Assembly: GCA_020137815.1 (NCBI GenBank)
Contig: CM035357.1
Span: 4,464,001-4,528,000, forward strand
DNA length: 64,000 nucleotides
Direction: 5' to 3'
From: Hormiphora californensis
Taxonomy: Eukaryota; Animalia; Ctenophora
Shown here: piece by piece, positions 47,323 through 60,742 of the stretch
Numbering within the stretch: the stretch's first letter is position 1
Layout of the letters: each line of letters opens with the position of its first letter
Program-made: the position numbers and the translations under genes
Notes under the pieces: model-generated
Database searches by the model: none
The model's input: only the letters and a program-made list of their open reading frames with translations
Told to the model about the DNA's origin: nothing

Positions 47323-48311
47323 GGTAAGTCGGAAGAACGTGTCCGTTTGTCTCATGAGGCGCCTCATGAGACCTCATGAGGCACTCATGAGGCGCCTCAT
47401 GAGGCCTCATGAGACATTTTCAGCTGTTTTAGTGCCTCATGAGGCCTCATGAGACCTCATGAGGCGCCTCATGAGGCACTCATGAGGCCTCATGAGGCCT
47501 CATGAGACATGTGCCTCATCCCGACTTTGTTTTGATGTCTCATGAGGCCTCATGAGCAGTTTTGACATGAGGCATGTCTCATGAGGCCTCATGAGGCATA
47601 TCTCATGACACCTTAGAGTTAGTATAGCCATAGGGTTAAGGCTAGGGTTAGAGTTAGCACCGGGTTTCGGTTCCAGTTAGGGGTACGAGCCTAACCACTA
47701 GGCCTAGGGGTTAACCCCAAACTTTTATGACAATATGATAAACCTAGGTCCAAGGCCTAGGGTTCAATCCTTAACCCAAACACTAATCCTAACCCTAACT
47801 TTAGGTTGGTATTAGGATTAAGGTTAGGGTTAGTGTTAGGGTTAAGGATAGACTTCTAGGCCTACGCCTATTGGTTGGGGTTAACCCCTAGGCTTAGTGG
47901 TTAGGGCTTAGTGGTTAGGTTCGTACACTACTCCTAACTGGAACCGAAACCCGGTCCTAACTCTAACCCTAACCCTAACCCTAATCCTATAGCTATACTA
48001 ACTTTAAGGTATCATGAGATATGCCTCATGAGGCCTCATGAGACATGCCTCATGTCAAAACTGCTCATGAGGCCTCATGAGACATCAAAACAAAGTCGGG
48101 ATGAGGCACATGTCTCATGAGGCCTCATGAGCAGTGTCTCATGAGGCCTCATGAGGCACTAAAACAGCTGAAAATGTCTCATGAGGCCTCATGAGGCGCC
48201 TCATGAGTGCCTCATGAGGTCTCATGAGGCGCCTCATGAGTGCCTCATGAGGTCTCATGAGGCGCCTCATGAGGCCTCATGAGACAAACGGACACGTTCT
48301 TCCGACTTACC
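47323..48311. mobile_element. Merlin-like foldback MITE with CTCATGAG subterminal arrays and a TTAGGG-like core
   Basis: TIR GGTAAGTCGGAAGAACGTGTCCGTTTG; 8-bp TSD ATATTTCC (47315-47322, 48312-48319). Confidence 0.88.
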
Positions 48312-48405
48312 ATATTTCCTATTTTAGAATGAAGATGATCCCAACGTGAAGATGTCAAAATCTTTATCACGTGTGCAGCAGGGTACTCAATTACCCTAAC
48401 AAGTG

Positions 48406-51400
48406 ATGTTTAACATGGCGTCCACTTTCCTTACCCTCTCCCTTCTGTTCACAGGTATAGAGGCTACAACAAAACGATGTGCTGTCGCACCGTACCATTG
48501 TTGCCATGGTGACGAAAGGGGGTTTACAGGATAATGAGGTGATGATAATCACCGTGGTGCGACACCGCGGTGATTATCATCACCTCATTATCCTGTAAAA
48601 CCCCTTTCGTCACCATGGCAACAATGGTACGGTGCGACAGCACATCGTTTTGTTGTAGCCTCTATAATTAGCGGTACGTATACATAATTAGTAACTAATC
48701 ATTAGTAGAGTTGTAAGCCCGGAAAACTACCTAGCATATTGTAGCAACTATAACTTTTCACTTCACTCGATTTTAAATCCCCTAAGTCAGACTTATTATA
48801 TTTATCTCCTCCTGTAAATTAAACTACCCCCAGCCCCGTAAATTAAACTACCCCCAGCCCCCTAAATTAAACTACCCCCAGCCCCCTAAATTAAACTACC
48901 CCCCAGCCCCCTAAATTAAACTACCCCCCAGCCCCCTAAATTAAACTACCCCCCCCCCCCCCAGTCCAAAACTCCCTCTCTCCCACTCTCTATCTCTCAC
49001 ACACACTCTCGTTTGTATGCTGCATTTAGAAAAACAAAAGAAATGCTCTAGACAAGGATCAATATTATGCACCGGGAAGAAAACGATATTAGCAGAGACC
49101 TCTATGGATTTAGAGAGCTACCAACTCCCATACTAGTCTAAAAATCCGAGCACACGTGCTAAAAGTTTTAGCCTAAAACGTTCATCTGGGCAGGGAAAAT
49201 ATAAAGTTGTTCAAGTTGTATAATATAAATTTAATAATGCTCGATCGTTGAGCTTGAGTTGACCCTCTCCCTTTATCTTTATCTCTCTTTTTTCTCTATA
49301 GTCTCTCCATATCTCTCACTCCGTGACTAGCCATCTCTGACGTGTTGGTGCTTAAGGAATGCTTTAATAATTCTTTGCCTTGGATTATCTCTCCATTCTT
49401 TTATGTGTCTCTTACTCAAGCATCGGCGTGCCAAAGCTAATGGCTTAATGTTTTTCATAATGGTTATATCGATCTGAGGCAAAGAAGAGTTAGATGGATA
49501 GAGAGGGAGAGATAGAGAGAGACATCTTTCTAACTACTATCTGTCTATCAGTCTGTCTGTCTTTATGTCTGTCTTTCTGTCTGCCTGTCTATCTGTCCGT
49601 CTGACTGCTCGTGGCAATAATTATTAACTCTGTGCCTGCTATTGCTAAATTATTCATATCCAACAATCGAATAGCAATGATTATCGGGGGGGGGGGGGTG
49701 CCCCAGGGTAGTTTAACATTTGTTTTAGTGACCATCTCCAATTCTGAATTCCGGTTGTAACTGTTGGGGAAGACCTTCCTGAAGGTCGTGGCGGAGTGGG
49801 AATAATCATGTAGACCTAGTACTAGAAGGTTTGAGGGGTCTATGGGGTATCTAATGTGGTGCCACTTTTCACTTCCCATAAATCAGACTTATTATATTTA
49901 TCTCCTCCCGTAAATTAAACTACCCTCCCCTTAATTAAACTACCTCCCCCCCCCCCCCCCCTTGAAGGAGTTAGCTGTGTGGACTATTTAGTGAACAGGA
50001 AAGGCAATGTCACCTACTACTCATCTGGTACCTCACATTTTGTCTCCGGGAATGTAACCTACTTCACCGACGCCCAACAACCATCATTTTACTATACCAA
50101 GGTACCAGGAACCGACCGACATAAGTAAACAACCAATCAGAACTCGTTATTTAGGTCACGTGACTGGTTATCAGCCAATCAGGGACCAGTATTTTACTAT
50201 ATCAAGGTACTTTTTGCCTTGCTCGATCGACCCTCTTTCCGTGCGCTCCACAAATGTAAAGAAGGGTTAGAACATAAAAAAGTTACATAATAAGTTTTTC
50301 AAATTACTGCTTCTTTGTTTGCTTCCCTCAAAGATCGTGTACAAATTATACTACAAAAAAAGTACATAGTACAATTACTTTTTTTCACCTTTTGTTAATG
50401 AAATGTTTACCAATTTCCAATTGACTAACAATGTGTTTTATATCAGGTAGAGGAAACAGGATATTCAATCTATCAGTACAACCTTACCAGCCACAACCAC
50501 CTTCTTATTACAACAGGTTAGTGACTCGACCCCCTCTCCGGTTAGCGGTTACCTTGCTCGACCCTTTCTTGGAGAACAAGTTAGCGGTTACAATAGTGGA
50601 CTGGTTTTGGGTGGTTTGGTAGTCAAGTGGTTTGATGTTGGGTGGGTAGGGTGAAACTCCCGACTGCTGTTTCGGATGAGTTTCAGTTCCGGTACATGAT
50701 GTGTGACCTCACTCTTCGCAGTTCGCCCCCATCTCCCTCCCCATCTCCCCATCTCCCTAGGTCTAGAAGATGTAAGCGGGATGGTTATCACTACTGATAC
50801 AGTGTACCTCCCCTTTACTTCTCTCCCTAGGTTTAGAGGATGTTAGTGGGATGGTTTCACTACTGATACAATGTACCTCCCCTTTACTTCTCTCCCTAGG
50901 TCTAGAGGATGTTAGTGGGATGGTAGTCACTACTGATACAATGTACCTCCCCTTTACTTCTCTCCCTAGGTCTAGAGGATGTTAGTGGGATGGTAGTCAC
51001 TACTGATACAGTGTACCTCCCCTTTACTTCTCTCCCTAGGTCTAGAGGATGTTAGTGGGATGGTAGTCACTACTGATATAGTGTACCTCCCCTTTACTTC
51101 TCTCCCTAGGTCTAGAGGATGTTAGTGGGATGGTAGTCACTACTGACACAGTGTACCTCCCCTTTACTTCTCTCCCTAGGTCTAGAGGATGTTAGCGGGA
51201 TGGTAGTCACTACTGATACAGTGTACCTCCCCTTTACTTCTCTCCCTAGGTCTAGAGGATGTTAGTGGGATGGTTATCACTACTGACACAGTGTACCTCC
51301 CCTTTACTTCTCTCCCTAGGTCTAGAGGATGTTACCGGGATGGTAGTCACTACTGATACAATGTACCTCCCCTTTACTTCTCTCCCTAGGTCTAGAGGAT

Positions 51401-54400
51401 GTTAGCGGGATGGTAGTCACTACTGACACAGTGTACCTCCCCTTTACTTCTCTCCCTAGGTTTAGGGGATGTTATCGGGATGGTTGTCACTACTGATACA
51501 GTGTACCTCCCCTTTACTTCTCTCCCTAGGTCTAGAGGATGTTAGTGGGATGGTTATCACTACTGATACAGTGTACCTCCCCTTTACTTCTCTCCCTAGG
51601 TCTAGAGGATGTTAGTGGGATGGTAGTCACTACTGATACAATGTACCTCCCCTTTACTTCTCTCCCTAGGTCTAGAGGATGTTAGTGGGATGGTAGTCAC
51701 TACTGATACAGTGTACCTCCCCTTTACTTCTCTCCCTAGGTCTAGAGGATGTTAGTGGGATGGTTATCACTACTGATACAGTGTACCTCCCCTTTACTTC
51801 TCTCCCTAGGTTTAGAGGATGTTAGTGGGATGGTAGTCACTACTGATACAATGTACCTCCCCTTTACTTCTCTCCCTAGGTCTAGAGGATGTTAGCGGGA
51901 TGGTTATCACTACTGATACAATGTACCTCCCCTTTACTTCTCTCCCTAGGTCTAGAGGATGTTAGCGGGATGGTTATCACTACTGATACAGTGTACCTCC
52001 CCTTTACTTCTCTCCCTAGGTCTAGAGGATGTTAGTGGGATGGTAGTCACTACTGATACAATGTACCTCCCCTTTACTTCTCTCCCTAGGTCTAGAGGAT
52101 GTTAGCGGGATGGTAGTCACTACTGATACAATGTACCTCCCCTTTACTTCTCTCCCTAGGTCTAGAGGATGTTAGTGGGATGGTAGTCACTACTGATACA
52201 GTGTACCTCCCCTTTACTTCTCTCCCTAGGTCTAGAGGATGTTAGCGGGATGGTAGTCACTACTGATACAGTGTACCTCCCCTTTACTTCTCTCCCTAGG
52301 TCTAGAGGATGTTAGTGGGATGGTAGTCACTACTGATACAGTGTACCTCCCCTTTACTTCTCTCCCTAGGTCTAGAGGATGTTAGTGGGATGGTAGTCAC
52401 TACTGATACAGTGTACCTCCCCTTTACTTCTCTCCCTAGGTCTAGAGGATGTTAGCGGGATGGTAGTCACTACTGATACAGTGTACCTCCCCTTTACTTC
52501 TCTCCCTAGGTCTAGAGGATGTTAGCGGGATGGTAGTCACTACTGATACAGTGTACCTCCCCTTTACTTCTCTCCCTAGGTCTAGAGGATGTTAGTGGGA
52601 TGGTAGTCACTACTGATACAGTGTACCTCCCCTTTACTTCTCTCCCTAGGTCTAGAGGATGTTAGTGGGATGGTAGTCACTACTGATACAGTGTACCTCC
52701 CCTTTACTTCTCTCCCTAGGTCTAGAGGATGTTAGTGGGATGGTAGTCACTACTGATACAGTGTACCTCCCCTTTACTTCTCTCCCTAGGTCTAGAGGAT
52801 GTTAGCTGGGATGGTAGTCACTACTGATACAGTGTACCTCCCCTTTACTTCTCTCCCTAGGTCTAGAGGATGTTAGCGGGATGGTAGTCACTACTGATAC
52901 AGTGTACCTCCCCTTTACTTCTCTCCCTAGGTCTAGAGGATGTTAGCGGGATGGTAGTCACTACTGATACAGTGTACCTCCCCTTTACTTCTCTCCCTAG
53001 GTCTAGAGGATGTTAGTGGGATGGTAGTCACTACTGATACAGTGTACCTCCCCTTTACTTCTCTCCCTAGGTCTAGAGGATGTTAGTGGGATGGTAGTCA
53101 CTACTGATACAGTGTACCTCCCCTTTACTTCTCTCCCTAGGTCTAGAGGATGTTAGTGGGATGGTAGTCACTACTGATACAGTGTACCTCCCCTTTACTT
53201 CTCTCCCTAGGTCTAGAGGATGTTAGTGGGATGGTAGTCACTACTGATACAGTGTACCTCCCCTTTACTTCTCTCCCTAGGTCTAGAGGATGTTAGCGGG
53301 ATGGTAGTCACTACTGATACAGTGTACCTCCCCTTTACTTCTCTCCCTAGGTCTAGAGGATGTTAGTGGGATGGTAGTCACTACTGATACAAGTGTACCT
53401 CCCCTTTACTTCTCTCCCTAGGTCTAGAGGATGTTAGCGGGATGGTAGTCACTACTGATACAAGTGTACCTCCCCTTTACTTCTCTCCCTAGGTCTAGAG
53501 GATGTTAGCGGGATGGTAGTCACTACTGATACAGTGTACCTCCCCTTTACTTCTCTCCCTAGGTCTAGAGGATGTTAGCGGGATGGTAGTCACTACTGAT
53601 ACAGTGTACCTCCCCTTTACTTCTCTCCCTAGGTCTAGAGGATGTTAGTGGGATGGTAGTCACTACTGATACAGTGTACCTCCCCTTTACTTCTCTCCCT
53701 AGGTCTAGAGGATGTTAGTGGGATGGTAGTCACTACTGATACAGTGTACCTCCCCTTTACTTCTCTCCCTAGGTCTAGAGGATGTTAGTGGGATGGTAGT
53801 CACTACTGATACAGTGTACCTCCCCTTTACTTCTCTCCCTAGGTCTAGAGGATGTTAGTGGGATGGTAGTCACTACTGATACAGTGTACCTCCCCTTTAC
53901 TTCTCTCCCTAGGTCTAGAGGATGTTAGCGGGATGGTAGTCACTACTGATACAGTGTACCTCCCCTTTACTTCTCTCCCTAGGTCTAGAGGATGTTAGCG
54001 GGATGGTAGTCACTACTGATACAGTGTACCTCCCCTTTACTTCTCTCCCTAGGTCTAGAGGATGTTAGTGGGATGGTAGTCACTACTGATACAGTGTACC
54101 TCCCCTTTACTTCTCTCCCTAGGTCTAGAGGATGTTAGCGGGATGGTAGTCACTACTGATACAGTGTACCTCCCCTTTACTTCTCTCCCTAGGTCTAGAG
54201 GATGTTAGCGGGATGGTAGTCACTACTGATACAGTGTACCTCCACTTTACTTCTCTCCCTAGGTCTAGAGGATGTTAGCGGGATGGTAGTCACTACTGAT
54301 ACAGTTTACCTCCTTGAGGATGATCGACTGGTAGCTGTTTCAATATCAAACAAACGACGCCTCACCCTCGCCCTGCTTGGTGCGCCCAGCCGTGCTCTTG

Positions 54401-54586
54401 TCATGGATTCTCAAGGGTAAACAAAGAAACTTTCGGTCTCTTTCTTTCTCTCTCCCCCTTTCTTATTCTGACATCCTCGATTCTTCTGACTTTGTGTCAA
54501 GCCGCTTGCCGCCTCTGCAGCTGTGTTAGACGTTACGCGCGGGGGTTTTCTTGTAATGTTGTCCGCGCGCTCACTCTCCCATGCTA

Positions 54587-54663
<77 letters not shown>

Positions 54664-57600
54664 CCTTGAGATGCAGGCCGCGGCTAATGTCTATTATTTT
54701 AGATAGCAATTGTGTCCTACAGACCAGTCAGGGAATCTTCAAGGGTGACCCGGCATACCCCGGGGTAAACCATGAAGCTCAGGAACTGCCTGGAGCATCT
54801 CACATACCACTCCAAGGCAACAGAGCTGCCCTCCTTGGGTGGAGTGTTTTCTCTCTTCCTTTCTCTAATCCGCTCATGACTCATCTCTATCTGACTAGAG
54901 ATACCCCCGGCCGGTATTACACCAACTCCCCAGCTTAGTGCACTGGGCCAAAGTAGGCTGGCTATATACCAAAAGTCCAGGCTGGAGGAGGTCTAATCAC
55001 AACTGGCCCCTCTACCTTCTGTCCACCTAGCCTCTGGACAGGTATAAAAGGTCTAACAAGCTAGGTCAAAACAGGTTAGCTACCACCGACTCTCGGCAAA
55101 ATTCCCACGCCGAGATCGGGTTAAACTCAAGGGGTGATTTCGTAGCCCAACAGGGAGACACTACGCTAACCGGTAGCCTAGCTACCACCGACTCTCGGCA
55201 GAATTCCCACGCCGAGGTCGGGATAAACTCAAGGGGTGTTTCCGTAGCCCAACAGGGAGAAACTACACTAACCAGTAGCCTCGCTACTACCTACGCTTCT
55301 TCAAAAGTCCTTGAGAAGCGTAGGAGATTCCCAAAAGGCGATTACCCCCTAAACGATGAAGGTAACAAACCAACATCATCACTCTCTACCAACAAACAAG
55401 CCTCCACAAAAACCCGATCAACAAACAGAACAAAAGCCTATCTCACTAACATCATCCCAACGCCAAAGAGAACTCAGAACATGCCATCATATACTGCCCC
55501 AGACTTGATGAGGTTAGATACAGACTAAACTACCAATACGTGGTTGAGGAAATCTATAGAGACGAGAACCTTGACTGGAACAAATTCACCCAATTAATAC
55601 ATAAAAGTAAACTCTTCAGTTAACCCTCCACAGTACAAACCACTATCTCACACTATACAAAACAAATTTCTATGAGTGACGCACATAGATACCGAACCCA
55701 CTAAACATTTCACACGCCAGAGTTCCGTTCATTGGGAAGGAACCTGCCCTAACTACCCCATGAACGGCCGGACGCTGCATCTGCATCACGAACAAAAAGT
55801 GATGTTCCATGAACCCACATGGAGTACTGATTACAAATCAGAGGTTGGCAGCGCAAAATCTACAAAGGTGCCATAGTCAATGGAGCGTCCGAATTGTCCT
55901 AGCCAAGGCCACATTTAAAGCGATCAATGCTGAGATGCCACTCACCAAGGATCGCTGGAGATATCCGAGACTGGCACAATGTGAAAACAGTGCTGGTGCG
56001 GTCCTCTTCATGGGACCTGTCAAGGCAGTTATGGGAGACGATTCCACCCTTATCTCCAAAACCATGGACAAGGTAGTGGAGATGAGGTAAAGAAGTGACG
56101 ACACACGGATTTTAGGAAAGTACTTTCGTAGATAAAGTCTACATCATCAGTCCTATAAAAATATGTAATGTTAGAGCACACACTCTCAGAAGATAAAAAT
56201 ATAAATATAAATCGAGGAAAAAATCGAACGGAGCTATCCAAAACAACAAAAGAGAACCACTAACTAACTAAAAAACTAAGCACGCTCGCGAAATCAGGGA
56301 TTCTGAATGAGATGTCAATGTATGCAGAGGGCGCCGCGCACAGCTAAACACAGAAACACGGCGCCAAGGGCCACACAGGTGCGCCACCGCGCGTTACAAC
56401 TCGCACACACTGTCACCTCAAACCAGACATCCCTGTGTCTAAACAATAAGAAACACTATCTCACGACTAAAATTCTGTTGAGTCCGAATAATTTTGTCCG
56501 ATAATTGTCTATTAATTTACTTTCAGCCCTATCCAATCCCACTGCCGATACCTGCTTAACTAAGCCTAATTTAAAAATATTAAGGTCCAAAGCGTCTGTG
56601 TGTTTCTCCCAACAATGTTGTGCCAATGCACTGCCCTGGTGTTCGAGTTCCGAGAATTTAGCACGGTGACCGTTGATTCTCTTATGAAAAGGTTGCATTG
56701 TCTGCCCCACATAGGTATCCTCTTTCCGGTTGCCCTGCGCCCTTGTACAGATTGAGCATTGTGCAACATATATTACATTTTTGCTCTTGCAGTTTAGGTG
56801 GGGGTTCAATTTTAGGCGTTTTCCATTCACCGAGAGACACGGAGATGGTGACATTAGAGGGCAAGTTTTGCAGCCTCTTCCCCCACATTTCTGGTTGAAT
56901 TCCCCCTCCTCCTCCTGAGTTTCCACCTCCATGTTGGACTCACTGAGTTTTCTATTTCTCACTACTGTATTGCCGATTGATTTTAGCTTTCGTAGTGCTA
57001 GAACCACCTTCACGTCACCCGCTACCGCCCGAATGTCTTCCTCCAAGTTCCTCAAGAAGTTTCGGAGATCATCCACCCCTTCAAAGTAGTTGGTGGCGAA
57101 TATCAGTTGGGTAGTGGGGTTCTGTTGTGTTGGGGGTAACTCCTGTTCCAACTGTAGTCTCTCCAGGGCCTTCGGCTGTAGGTTATCAAGGTCCCTTTCC
57201 AGATGTCCGCTCTTGAGTAAGTCCACCCTGAGTTCTTCTAGATCCTGCACTCGCGTGCTCTCTCTAGAGTTCCTCTTAATTACCCTGAGCATTTGACTGA
57301 AGATGACGGATTTAAACACGTGTCTTGGGTGGAACGATTCCGTCCGTAGGTACATCCTTGCGTCTGTCGGTTTCCTATACAACTTGTGTTCCAAGTTCCC
57401 TTCTTCTAGAGATACTGTTACATCTAGGAAGTTAACCGAGTCCCCAAACTGTTGGTCCCCAAAATTTATCCCATAACTTTTAGTGGCCCTATTCAACCTG
57501 GCTATAAAGGTGGTCAGCTGCCTCTCGGTTCCCCTCCAAATCCCAAACACGTCGTCGATGAACCTCCTCCAAATGTAGGCCTCCGGGGGTATCAGGTTCT

Positions 57601-60600
57601 GGCACTCGACAAACAATAACCAATGGAGGAAAATGTCTGCCAGTTGTCGACTGATACAGTTACCCGTAGGAATACCCTCTACTGAAGTATATACTGTGTC
57701 ACCGAATGTAATGAATGACTCCTCCAGTATAACTTCTACAAAACGCCTCACTGCTAGACCTATGACACTACCTCGCCTGTGGGTCATGAGAGCATGGTCC
57801 AATGCTTGTAGTGCCAACTCTTTACGGATGCTGGGATACCTGAGGTTTGATGCACGTGAGTTTCTGAGGAAGTTAGAATGGCGAACTTTTTTCCACCAAC
57901 TGGGAACGGAACACACTACTGAACATCAAGCTCACCCGGATTTGAGAATTCCTTCTAGAAGATCACCTGAGGACTTCCATAACACCGTTGTTGAAGATGT
58001 AAAAAGAAGATTACTGACATTCGTGGACTCACTAGCCCCAAGAAGACCACGGTGCAACTTGGGCTACCTAGAGCTAGAAGGAAAGAAGTGGATCGCTCAA
58101 CAGATCCAGAACCAAATAATCTTCATTACGAAAGCAGACAAGGGCGGGGCAACGTTAATATTGGACTACCCCACAGCCTTGGACTCTGTCAGAAGCAACT
58201 TAGCGAATCCTAATAAGTTTAGGGAATCTGACTTAGCCGTGTCAGATAAAATGGTACAGGTCGGGGCTTTAGTTAGGAGTTTGGTGTTGGAGGAAGAGGG
58301 GGTAGGGCATATCTCCCAGAAGGACAAGACGCTAATAACGGGCCTAAACAAGAACAACCATCTGAAAACCTCCCCAGTGTTAAGGCCTGAGATTCCGTTC
58401 ACATACCCCCTGTTTAAGCTCCATAAACTATCAGAGGAGCAGATCAGGGACAGGGTCACCCCACCGATCCGCCTGGTACATGCAACGAGAAACGGGCCTC
58501 TTTACCGCCTGGAGAAGTGGGTGTCTCCTTTCCTTACAGAACTCAGCCAGGAGTATGTGGGAGAGGAATACATACTAGACACGGATGACCTCCTAGTCCA
58601 GCTCCAGGGCATTGGGATCCAAACTGGTACACGGAGTTTGTTCACCTTGGATGTGGAGGCCCTGTATCCCAGCATCCGTAAAGAGTTGGCACTACAAGCA
58701 TTGGACCATGCTCTCATGACCCACAGGCGAGGTAGTGTCATAGGTCTAGCAGTGAGGCGTTTTGTAGAAGTTATACTGGAGGAGTCATTCATTACATTCG
58801 GTGACACAGTATATACTTCAGTAGAGGGTATTCCTACGGGTAACTGTATCAGTCGACAACTGGCAGACATTTTCCTCCATTGGTTATTGTTTGTCGAGTG
58901 CCAGAACCTGATACCCCCGGAGGCCTACATTTGGAGGAGGTTCATCGACGACGTGTTTGGGATTTGGAGGGGAACCGAGAGGCAGCTGACCACCTTTATA
59001 GCCAGGTTGAATAGGGCCACTAAAAGTTATGGGATAAATTTTGGGGACCAACAGTTTGGGGACTCGGTTAACTTCCTAGATGTAACAGTATCTCTAGAAG
59101 AAGGGAACTTGGAACACAAGTTGTATAGGAAACCGACAGACGCAAGGATGTACCTACGGACGGAATCGTTCCACCCAAGACACGTGTTTAAATCCGTCAT
59201 CTTCAGTCAAATGCTCAGGGTAATTAAGAGGAACTCTAGAGAGAGCACGCGAGTGCAGGATCTAGAAGAACTCAGGGTGGACTTACTCAAGAGCGGACAT
59301 CTGGAAAGGGACCTTGATAACCTACAGCCGAAGGCCCTGGAGAGACTACAGTTGGAACAGGAGTTACCCCCAACACAACAGAACCCCACTACCCAACTGA
59401 TATTCGCCACCAACTACTTTGAAGGGGTGGATGATCTCCGAAACTTCTTGAGGAACTTGGAGGAAGACATTCGGGCGGTAGCGGGTGACGTGAAGGTGGT
59501 TCTAGCACTACGAAAGCTAAAATCAATCGGCAATACAGTAGTGAGAAATAGAAAACTCAGTGAGTCCAACATGGAGGTGGAAACTCAGGAGGAGGAGGGG
59601 GAATTCAACCAGAAATGTGGGGGAAGAGGCTGCAAAACTTGCCCTCTAATGTCACCATCTCCGTGTCTCTCGGTGAATGGAAAACGCCTAAAATTGAACC
59701 CCCACCTAAACTGCAAGAGCAAAAATGTAATATATGTTGCACAATGCTCAATCTGTACAAGGGCGCAGGGCAACCGGAAAGAGGATACCTATGTGGGGCA
59801 GACAATGCAACCTTTTCATAAGAGAATCAACGGTCACCGTGCTAAATTCTCGGAACTCGAACACCAGGGCAGTGCATTGGCACAACATTGTTGGGAGAAA
59901 CACAGAGACGCTATGGACCTTAATATTTTTAAATTAGGCTTAGTTAAGCAGGTATCGGCAGTGGGATTGGATAGGGCTGAAAGTAAATTAATAGACAATT
60001 ATCGGACAAAATTATTCGGACTCAACAGAATTTTAGTCGTGAGATAGTGTTTCTTATTGTTTAGACACAGGGATGTCTGGTTTGAGGTGACAGTGTGTGC
60101 GAGTTGTAACGCGCGGTGGCGCACCTGTGTGGCCCTTGGCGCCGTGTTTCTGTGTTTAGCTGTGCACGGCGCCCTCTGCATACATTGACATCTCATTCAG
60201 AATCCCTGATTTCGCGAGCGTGCTTAGTTTTTTAGTTAGTTAGTGGTTCTCTTTTGTTGTTTTGGATAGCTCCGTTCGATTTTTTCCTCGATTTATATTT
60301 ATATTTTTATCTTCTGAGAGTGTGTGCTCTAACATTACATATTTTTATAGGACTGATGATGTAGACTTTATCTACGAAAGTACTTTCCTAAAATCCGTGT
60401 GTCGTCACTTCTTTACCTCATCTCCACTACCTTGTTTCTACCGAACCCCGGGGTAATGGGCGACCGGATCTAAATTATGATGGCACACCGACTGGGAGGG
60501 AAGCCCCTGCACCCAACCCTTGTCTTCAAAACCATGGACATAAGACGGAGGAAGAAAACTCTCCCGGGGGAAAGAGGAAACTCTGGAACCTGAGCTCCGT

Positions 60601-60687
60601 CCTTCTCGGGCGTGAGGAACTGGCTGCCGGACGGGATAAAATCACAAGTAGAGGATTGGAAGCGGAGGCGCATACAACAACAACAAC

Positions 60688-60742
<55 letters not shown>

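Larger units (their letters stand above)
56068..60435 (+). mobile_element. Penelope-like retroelement, 5'-truncated, with an upstream inverted duplication (arms 56068-57839 and 58664-60435)
   Basis: The arms map as i <-> 116503-i and are nearly identical. RT plus GIY-YIG ORF; 3' pLTR-like region with a hammerhead. Confidence 0.93.

Noticed and set aside
47630-47990. Telomere or chromosome-fusion site suggested by TTAGGG/CCCTAA runs
   Set aside because: The runs are degenerate and internal to a TSD-flanked MITE.
50752-54312. CRISPR-like regular array (also 10139-10439 and 12102-12526)
   Set aside because: There are no unique spacers and no cas genes, and the context is a eukaryotic intron; these are plain tandem repeats.
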